From a virus (taxonomy: Duplodnaviria > Caudoviricetes): a stretch of 35,571 nt of DNA. The stretch's first letter is position 1; the number at the start of each line of letters is the position of its first letter. Under the pieces are notes generated by a model. It saw only the letters and a list, made by a program, of their open reading frames with translations. It was not told the origin of the DNA and ran no database searches. Location: the IMG/VR virus record IMGVR_UViG_3300008255_001769, positions 1-35,571 of that record. One strand, 5' to 3'. The translations under genes and the position numbers were made by a program. Below are positions 26,642 to 34,400 of the stretch, in pieces.

Positions 26642-27830
26642 AAGTGGTAAAAATGTTTTTCTCACCGGTGAGCCTGGAGCTGGGAAAACCTACACCATAA
26701 ACAAGTTCACTGAATGGCTGGACGAGAAAGGTATTAGGTATGCAGTAACCGCTTCGACCGGCATCGCCGCGTCTCATATCGATGGGTCCACGATTCATTC
26801 ATGGTCAGGTATGGGGATCTTGAAAAATCTTGAGGAGGCTGATGTTAAAGGTATCCGGTATAACCGCTACCATTACAATCGAATCATCACAGCTCAGACT
26901 TTGATCTTAGATGAAGTCTCGATGCTCGACGCAACCTTCATCAACGACCTCGACAAAGTTCTCCGGGAAGTGCATCAGAAAGATAAACCTTTCGGCGGCA
27001 TCCAGGTGGTTTTTGTCGGAGACTTCTTCCAGCTTCCTCCGGTCTCGAGAGATGGCGTGGCGAAATTCGCGTTCGAATCTGAATCATGGAACGGCGCGGA
27101 TCTCAGCGTATGCTATCTCACCGAGCAACACCGTCAGGCGGATCCGATCTTTACCGAGATCCTCCGGGCCATGCGCTTCGGAGATATGAAGCACGAACAT
27201 CGAACGGTCCTGGCTTCCAGGATGTCGAACGACGGAGCTCCGACAAATCTTTTCACTCACAATGTCGATGTCGATCGAATGAACAGTGAGAAGCTTAAAG
27301 AGCTTCCGGGAAAAGAGCATCGTATCTCAATGGAAAGTAGCGGAGAGCCTCGAGCAATCGAAACGCTCAAACGAAACTGTCTTTCTCCGGAGATCCTCGC
27401 GCTTAAAGAAGGGGCTGTTGTGATGTTTACCTCGAACCGGCCGGATAAGGGATACGTGAACGGTACAGTAGGTATTGTCGATCGATTCTCAAATGGTGTT
27501 CCAGTGATCAAGTTGCTCGACGGTACACTCGTATACCCTGAAATTAATATTTGGAAGGCATACGATGAAAAGAGAAATGTGAAAGCTCAGATCTCTCAGC
27601 TTCCTCTTCGACTTGCCTGGGCGATCACGGTTCACAAGAGCCAGGGGATGTCACTCGATGCGGCATCAATAGATCTCTCGAAAGCGTTTGAGTACGGTCA
27701 CGGCTACGTCGCCATCAGCCGAGTGAGATCTCTTCAAGGACTTCACCTGGCCGGTATCAGCGAAAACGCTTTCAAGGTGAATCCGAAGGTATTAGAAAAA
27801 GATAAACACTTCCGAGAAATCGGATCTTAA
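26610..27830 (+). CDS. pif1: PIF1-family SF1B helicase
   Basis: FLTGEPGAGKT, DEVSML, PFGGIQVVFVGDFFQLPPV, QLPLRLAWAITVHKSQG and YVAISRV. Confidence 0.93.
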   Translation: MKQDQALEILKSGKNVFLTGEPGAGKTYTINKFTEWLDEKGIRYAVTASTGIAASHIDGSTIHSWSGMGILKNLEEADVKGIRYNRYHYNRIITAQTLILDEVSMLDATFINDLDKVLREVHQKDKPFGGIQVVFVGDFFQLPPVSRDGVAKFAFESESWNGADLSVCYLTEQHRQADPIFTEILRAMRFGDMKHEHRTVLASRMSNDGAPTNLFTHNVDVDRMNSEKLKELPGKEHRISMESSGEPRAIETLKRNCLSPEILALKEGAVVMFTSNRPDKGYVNGTVGIVDRFSNGVPVIKLLDGTLVYPEINIWKAYDEKRNVKAQISQLPLRLAWAITVHKSQGMSLDAASIDLSKAFEYGHGYVAISRVRSLQGLHLAGISENAFKVNPKVLEKDKHFREIGS

Positions 27831-27834
27831 AACT

Positions 27835-28155
27835 ATGAAAAAACTTTACATCATAGGTCCAAAAGACCGGGGAGAAGGAGCTTACGCTCTGATTGCTGAT
27901 GACGGTGAGTTTCTTGCTAGTCATTTTTGCTCTCACTATGGGTACGCAAAAGGTGATCTTCATGATCGTCGAGAAGAGCGAAAGGCTCAGTGGAAAGAAA
28001 GGTTTGGAGATTATCAAGTTCTTTTTCTTGGGGAGGATGAAATGACAGAAGATCGATTGGTCGAGCTGAATAAGGAGTGGTACGACAGAACTAAAAATGC
28101 GGCCGAAATCGTCGAAAGAGAGCGTCCTAAAATTACGATAACTCTGAGCGACTAA
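27835..28155 (+). CDS. Hypothetical protein
   Basis: 106 aa, GEFLASHFCSHYGYAKGDL. Confidence 0.65.
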   Translation: MKKLYIIGPKDRGEGAYALIADDGEFLASHFCSHYGYAKGDLHDRREERKAQWKERFGDYQVLFLGEDEMTEDRLVELNKEWYDRTKNAAEIVERERPKITITLSD

Positions 28156-28156
28156 C

Positions 28157-28792
28157 ATGAACATTTGCGGCATAGATCCAGGTTTGAATGGTGGCCTAGC
28201 CTTCATCAACAGTGGAGTTTTAAAACTCTACCCGATGCCGGTAATCGGCGGAAAGGATTATGATATTCAGGAGATCAAAAGGATCTTGGAAACTGAGAGG
28301 CCGGGCTTCACGGTACTTGAAAATCAGATCGCGATGCCGGGCCAGGGTTTAACCTCCACGTTGCAGACTGGCAAGGGCTTCGGGATCTTGCTGGGCCTCC
28401 TGGCCGGGATGAACTTTCCGTACCAGGTGATCGGAGCAAAACAGTGGCAGACAAAATTGTTTACCGGAGTGAAAGGGTCTCTCGATACGAAAGATAAAAG
28501 CGAAGTGATCGCGAAGCGTCTCTTCCCGACGGCGGACTTCCGGAAATCGGATCGCGCCCGGGTCGCGCATGACGGCCTCACTGACGCGGCGTGTATCGCG
28601 GAGTACGGCCGAAGGATTTACAGCCAGGGCGCGGATCCGGTTTCCGGGATGCCGCACGTATCGAACCCAATGAATCCGGACGTGTGCGTTGTGTGTGGGG
28701 CGTATCTGCCTACAGCAGATCCTAATGATTGTAAGAAACCTCTTTATGAAACACCTGATTCAACGTTTAAAACGAGCGTGGGAGGCCTTTAA
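28157..28792 (+). CDS. RuvC-like Holliday junction resolvase (phage type)
   Basis: GIDPG..GG.A, VLE, G.GFG...G, W and HDGLTDAACIAEYG. Confidence 0.85.
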   Translation: MNICGIDPGLNGGLAFINSGVLKLYPMPVIGGKDYDIQEIKRILETERPGFTVLENQIAMPGQGLTSTLQTGKGFGILLGLLAGMNFPYQVIGAKQWQTKLFTGVKGSLDTKDKSEVIAKRLFPTADFRKSDRARVAHDGLTDAACIAEYGRRIYSQGADPVSGMPHVSNPMNPDVCVVCGAYLPTADPNDCKKPLYETPDSTFKTSVGGL

Positions 28793-29210
28793 AGGCAAAG
28801 ATGAGCCAAAGGTCGAGGAGACCAAGAGCATCGCTCCTGGGGTCGTTTTGGAGCGTCCAGGGGTTAAGATAATCCAAATCGGGAGGGAAGAGTTTGAAAA
28901 GATGCAAGTTGTGGCCCAGGAGACCGCCAGGAAGGCCCACATCGAGCAGAATAAGCTCATGGACGATTACTTCAACGCGATCCTAGCAAAGAACGTGGAT
29001 CCGTTTATTGTGGAGCTTTATAAATCGGACAAGAAACCGATCCCTTATTTAAATACACATATTCACCAGGACGCGGATCCTTTCCGTGGAATGTTCTCCC
29101 GGAGAATGGAGATCAGTATCGGGGTCAAAAAAATTGGAGACGCAGTATTCACCGCTAAAATTCAGAACGGAGAAATCGAACAAATGGTAGAAGAAAAAAT
29201 CCCTCGATAA
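28746..29210 (+). CDS. Hypothetical protein
   Basis: ATG 28746; last gene of the rightward arm. Confidence 0.6.
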   Translation: MKHLIQRLKRAWEAFKGKDEPKVEETKSIAPGVVLERPGVKIIQIGREEFEKMQVVAQETARKAHIEQNKLMDDYFNAILAKNVDPFIVELYKSDKKPIPYLNTHIHQDADPFRGMFSRRMEISIGVKKIGDAVFTAKIQNGEIEQMVEEKIPR

Positions 29211-29228
29211 GAGGGATTGTTTCTTTTT
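29195..29228. terminator. Intrinsic terminator between convergent arms, likely bidirectional
   Basis: aatccctc-gataa-gagggatt, flanked by an A-run on the left and a T-rich tract on the right. Confidence 0.75.
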
Positions 29229-29242
29229 CTAAGCTTAGAAAA

Positions 29243-29512
29243 CTAGACGCGGAAATTTGTGATCTCTCCGGCCGAGCTCTTTCCCTTGAGGAAGAACGCG
29301 TACACAGCCGAAGCCACGCCGAGAATCGTGATGAAGGTAGGCCACCATAGGGCGGTACTCAACAGCACGTATCCAGTTGCAATCACCACAGCCACTACCA
29401 GGGTAACGAGGCGAGACGCAAGCGTATCAGTCCCGAAGATCCTGGTAATAAGCTCGATGACAAGTGATGCGGCGACACCTAAGATGGCTATCGTCGAAAA
29501 ATCTGTAAGCAT
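29243..29512 (-). CDS. Holin-like membrane protein
   Basis: 89 aa with three hydrophobic segments and a charged C-tail, downstream of the predicted endolysin. Confidence 0.65.
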   Translation of the reverse strand: MLTDFSTIAILGVAASLVIELITRIFGTDTLASRLVTLVVAVVIATGYVLLSTALWWPTFITILGVASAVYAFFLKGKSSAGEITNFRV

Positions 29513-29584
29513 ATTTTTCTTAATTATTGATAATATCCGACCCTTTTATTATAGCTCATCTATGGCAGTTTTGTGTCCACAGAT

Positions 29585-29615
29585 AAAAAAGGAAGGCTCA
29601 ACAGTTGAGCCCTCC
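29585..29615 (-). terminator. Intrinsic terminator closing the SD-led cassette
   Basis: Minus strand ggagggctcaa-ctg-ttgagccttcc-tttttt. Confidence 0.85.
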
Positions 29616-29633
29616 TAGATGGATCACCTCCTT

Positions 29634-29768
29634 TCAAATGAAAAGCTGGTCGTTCTCGTCGCCCGGGTCGTTGTCAACCACGAAAGGAAGTTCGAGCTGT
29701 TCCGTTTCCTGGTGCGATGGCCTGAACACGGCCATTACGAGATCCAGGATCCACTTGATGAGCCTCAT
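29634..29768 (-). CDS. 44-aa protein with strong SD (not in ORF track)
   Basis: AAAGGAGG-5 nt-ATG; MRLIKWILDLVMAVFRPSHQETEQLELPFVVDNDPGDENDQLFI. Confidence 0.55.
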   Translation of the reverse strand: MRLIKWILDLVMAVFRPSHQETEQLELPFVVDNDPGDENDQLFI

Positions 29769-30039
29769 CGCATCCTCCTTTGAGAAAGTTGGTCAGGATC
29801 TCTGCATACATTCGCTGGTGCTCGACGTACAAGATCTCACGCTCGGCCTGGTCGATCACGGTATTAAGCTCATCGTGACAAACTCGGCAAATATCGAACG
29901 TGTTGCCATCAAGCATCTGTTTCAGATGCTCCGGCATCACTCGATTCCTCCACAACTTCTGAGGGAGGATGTGGTGTTTGGTCTTGAATCGTCGGCCGTT
30001 GTAACTGTACCGCTCCTTGCATCTAGGGCATCTGTTCAT
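29674..30039 (-). CDS. Small HNH-like Zn-binding nuclease
   Basis: GAGGTG-4 nt-ATG; CPRC...HHILP...N...ICRVCH. Confidence 0.65.
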   Translation of the reverse strand: MNRCPRCKERYSYNGRRFKTKHHILPQKLWRNRVMPEHLKQMLDGNTFDICRVCHDELNTVIDQAEREILYVEHQRMYAEILTNFLKGGCDEAHQVDPGSRNGRVQAIAPGNGTARTSFRG

Positions 30040-30151
30040 TCCACACCTCGCTATTGAGATAAATGACGAGGAGGAACAGAAGCCCTCCCACAATGAGTAA
30101 CCCCAGGGAGATGAATCCGAGGGGTACAGTCACGATCGCTCGCGCCTTCAT
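30023..30151 (-). CDS. 42-aa single-TM protein with strong SD
   Basis: AAAGGAGG-4 nt-ATG; MKARAIVTVPLGFISLGLLIVGGLLFLLVIYLNSEVWNEQMP. Confidence 0.6.
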   Translation of the reverse strand: MKARAIVTVPLGFISLGLLIVGGLLFLLVIYLNSEVWNEQMP

Positions 30152-30300
30152 TACCCCTCCTTTATGAAAGAACATACTGCTCACTCCGAGCAGTGAGAGA
30201 GATAGAAGTCGGGAGCTAGGTATCATGTGACCCGATCAAGTCGGGATAAATTTGTGTGTCTCCCCTTCAACCTCTCTCACCGCCAATAGCGGTGACACTT

Positions 30301-31425
30301 TTAACTGTAAAGATCGTTCAGCACCTCTCGGGTTTTTGGCCCGACCTTCTTTCCGGCCAAGCTCGCAAGCTCCATCGGAGAAGCGACCTTGTGCTTTTCC
30401 TGGAAGGCGAGTACCGCCTTTGCGGTCACGGCTCCGTAGTAGCCGGTGAAGCCGAGCTCTTGGCCGTCAAGGTGAGTAGGGAAGAATCCTTCGTATCGGA
30501 GGATCTCCTGAAGTTTTTTAACATCTTCTTCAACCTTGAACACCGGAGAGAACTCGAGATTCTTGAGGAAGGTATGCTTAGGTTTCTGTACAGGAGGAGG
30601 GGTTACATCGAGATGATCTCTCCAGTCGTTTCGAAGTGCCGCACTCTCGGCCGCGAAGAAGCAACGCTCCTTCAAGAATTCTTCAGTGATGATTCTCTGA
30701 CCATCGAGACCAAAGAACTTGCCCCATGAATCATCGATCACGATTGCTTTCTTCCCTTTGTGTAAGATGAAATCAACACCGGTGACTGAGTGCCGCACAG
30801 TGCGTGGAAGTCTATTTGTGAGAAACGGTACATCCTGATTCCATTCTTCCATCGTTGCTTCGAACCAGAGCATGATTCCTTTGCCTGTTGAGATTCGCTG
30901 AGCAAGGTAATCGATATCTTTTGTAGGAAGCTGGAGATATCCGCCGGCACGAAATACAAGGGCCGTCTGAACGTCTGAGACTAGAGGGGAGTATGAATTA
31001 ACCTGAGCTTCACTCATGCGCTGAGAAGGAGCGAGGACCTCGAGAGTAGCCCCCTTGTCCTTCATGAGCTCCAAAGCATCGGATCCAACCATTCCTTCAC
31101 CGTTGCCCCAGGTTTTATTGATACGGTAGTGGTAGATAGAGACGGCTGACAATTCAACGAATTTTCCTTCTTCAAGGAAGTTATCGATGCCGAGCATCTT
31201 TGCGGCCGTCTGAGCGACACAAGTGCCGGATCCATCCTGATCGCGAGTAGGGAACTTTCTCCAAGTAGTGTCTTTGAAAGTAAATTGTTCACTGGCCGGC
31301 TTCTGCTTTTCGCGCCACACGACCGGACCTACTGAAGCGATGAGCTCCTGGATCTGCCAATCTTGCTCCTTCTCCTCCTGGCTTCGAGGATCCTCGACTA
31401 TTCCAATGTATTTTTCTTCATCCAT
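30301..31425 (-). CDS. Papain-like (C1) cysteine peptidase with C-terminal peptidoglycan-binding domain; probable endolysin
   Basis: DQDGSGTCVA (Q/C), HSV, DDSWG; DVKKLQEIL...TGYYGAVTAKAVLAFQ...VGPKTREVLN. Confidence 0.8.
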   Translation of the reverse strand: MDEEKYIGIVEDPRSQEEKEQDWQIQELIASVGPVVWREKQKPASEQFTFKDTTWRKFPTRDQDGSGTCVAQTAAKMLGIDNFLEEGKFVELSAVSIYHYRINKTWGNGEGMVGSDALELMKDKGATLEVLAPSQRMSEAQVNSYSPLVSDVQTALVFRAGGYLQLPTKDIDYLAQRISTGKGIMLWFEATMEEWNQDVPFLTNRLPRTVRHSVTGVDFILHKGKKAIVIDDSWGKFFGLDGQRIITEEFLKERCFFAAESAALRNDWRDHLDVTPPPVQKPKHTFLKNLEFSPVFKVEEDVKKLQEILRYEGFFPTHLDGQELGFTGYYGAVTAKAVLAFQEKHKVASPMELASLAGKKVGPKTREVLNDLYS

Positions 31426-31448
31426 GTTAATTATTTATTTATTGATTT

Positions 31449-34400
31449 CTAAAATTGTACTGGCGACCCTTTTGGTCCTTTGCCTTCCTCCTTCAAGGAC
31501 CTTCGGAAAGGTCTGGTGAAGAGAGTAGCCGGTACTCCGGTAAGTTTGCCGGCAGTATCGAGCATGTAAGTTACGGCTTCAGTGATATCTCCAGTTGTGA
31601 GATTCTCAACAGCCTTCTTAATGTCATCCATGAAGGCGAACGCGGCCGAAGGAACATAATTGAACCGCTCGCCAGCCGTCCATCCATAGATCGACTGAAC
31701 CATCTGTCCAGTAATCAGAGGATAAGAAAGCGGACCGAGAACTGTTTTCACTGCCAACTGACCAGGTGACGATCGATATTTCTCGTCAACGAACTGCTCG
31801 GCGATGATGTTGTAGATTGCTGGTACAACGAACCAGGCCCAGGCGATACGCTTAATGTTATTCGCCTTAGATCCTCGACCGGCTTTAATGTTTCGCATAC
31901 CATTTTGAATGATGCGGAGATACTTAGAAGGCTGAGACTGGAACATGGTAAAGAGTTTTGCGAGAGATCCGCCGCGCTGGATCGGGGAGAGAGTGTCGAT
32001 TCGTGAAGATTCCTGAACGCGGTTCGTGACTTCCTCCGCATACTGAATACCCTGAGCTCGAGCCTCTGCATCTGTCGCTCCTTTTTTCCTTGCCTCCATG
32101 TACTTCGATCGATACGAAGCCCAGGCTCCCTGGTAGACCGTAAGCTTGTCGGCATTTCTGATCACAATGAACATGAGCTCAGAGAAGTTTTTAGTCTTAG
32201 CGAGCGTTTTATCATGACCCTTTGAGATTGCAAACTTGATGTCTCTTTCGAAACCTTCACCGAAACGTTCCCTGAGCACACCTGAATTTTTGTAGAGGAA
32301 GCGAGCTTTGTTTACCGGATCCGTCCAAAAGCCCGAGACACCGGTGACGAGATCTTTTACCGGGAGCTCGATGCCGTAGTTCAATACACCGACAAGTTGT
32401 TTTGCTCCGACGCGAACGTTAAGGCCGAGAAGAGCTTTGGTTGCGTTCCCCCTGATCACGTCTACCTCCTTAATAATCTTCTCCCTGGCAACGCCGTCCC
32501 GGGCAAAGTCATTCAAGAAGTTGTCTACCACCTTCATCGCTGTATCTCCGTGGAAGTCTATGATGCCTCTGCGGACCTCTTTGTTTCCGAAGATCTTACG
32601 GAATTCAAACATCGATTCGGACCACGCTTTGTAGTGCTCCATCTTTGCGATGTGCCGGGTAACGTTAGCGAAGGCATCGATCGGCTTGAGCTCGATCTTG
32701 TTTCGAACGCGCGACTTCAAGCTGTTATTTTTAGCTGTCGCGTACTGTCTCATCTCTTGCGCTAGGAGCACATTCTCGGGAAGAAGAACATCAACATCGC
32801 GAGTAACAGGAGAATAATTCTCATTGAACGGTAGGTCGATGCCGTACTCCTTAACGAATACAGGGTTAATGGTTTCATAATATTCTCGGTAAAATTCGAG
32901 AAGAGAATCAACGACTTTTGCATCCTCCGGAGTAAGGACCTTCCTTGCTTCGGCGATCACATTATCATCCCAATTCAGAGTATCCTTGAATGTTTCAGCA
33001 AGGGTATCGTCTTTGAGCCACATCTCCATCTGAATCATCTGACCGCGAGTGATGGTGAGATTGCGATCAACTCCATCTGCATGAGTTACTTTGCCTAGCT
33101 CTACCGGCTTCTGCATTTCATTGAGAAGATGGAGCAGTTCGCTATTCTTCTCGATCTTATAAATTTCCTTGACGCGAGTGTTCACGTCATCGATGAACTT
33201 CACCTCACCAGCGTTCTGATCATTGAAGGCTTTATTTGTTTTCTCTCCCACATATCGAGAGAGGAAGCTCTGATAAGGCTTCGATTTTGTGTCGTAGAAC
33301 GAGAGAGCATCCATGAGCTCTTCAAGTCCCCACTGTTGTGTAGTGAGGAATTCTTTTGCTGACTTCAGGAAGCTTTGTCTCTCCGGCTGGCGAATAGATT
33401 GGAACTCTGAAGGAAGCTTCTTTCCTCCGGTGATCACATCGAATACGGTATCGCGCTTCATTTCAATCTCGGTCTCACGATTAAACCTCTCGATCTCCTT
33501 GAGTGTGCGGCCATTTTCTTTGATCGATTGAATATCAGCAAGAGCAGAGCGGAGCTCCTTTGCGGTCATCTCTTTAACCCCCACCATTTTTAGGAGCTGG
33601 ATCTCCGAAACAATTTCTGCTGGAAGAATCTCATCCGGATGAGAGGTTTGCCAATCAGAAACAAGATCCGCGATCTTCTGCTGAGCGAGTGCGTAGTCAT
33701 TATTTAGGTTTGCCCGGATCGAATTAAGTTTCTTCTGAGCCTCGCGCTCGAACTTAACGTTAGGAAAACCATTCTTAGATTTTATCTTCGTTGATTTTAG
33801 CTCGGCCGAGATCTCTGAGATGAGACCTTTTCGGGTAACGACATCAGCCTCCTTCTGCATACGCTGAAGGGTGTCCAAAAATTCCTTGTCTGAGATCGTG
33901 TTACGGATCGCCTTGAGGAACTTCCCTCGAGACGCGGCCGGAAGAAACGCCTGGGCGTATTCAATGAGAGAGTTTCTCTTCCTGAGCACCGACGACTGAC
34001 GATCCTTGATAGCTTCGATTGTCTGCTCATACTTCGATTTGACGGCGGCCGTCTCCGCTTTTGCGATTTCCTTACCGGCTTGGAAGCCCTCTCTTGCACC
34101 TCGAGCTCGAGCTTCGACTTTCTCTCGCACGATCTTCTTCTCAGTTGTGGTGATTTTCTTTTCAGGTCCGCCCTTAACAGTTCGATCAATCACTCTCTGA
34201 GTTTCAGTTGAAGGACCTTTTGTGCCAAATAGATCTGCTTCAAGGTTCGCGCGATTAGTTCTCTCGTATTCGAGAGCCTTCTCTTCAACGGATCGCATGT
34301 GCTTATCCATTTTTGTTTGAGCTTCGGTAAGAGCTTTCTGATTACCGGATGCTCGGGCTGTATTGATCTCACTCTGTAGCTGGCGAGCGAGCGTCATATC

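Noticed and set aside
29620-29635. 16S rRNA gene fragment or assembly chimera
   Set aside because: The match is limited to 16 nt and the flanks are a terminator and an ORF, not helix 45 or ITS sequence.
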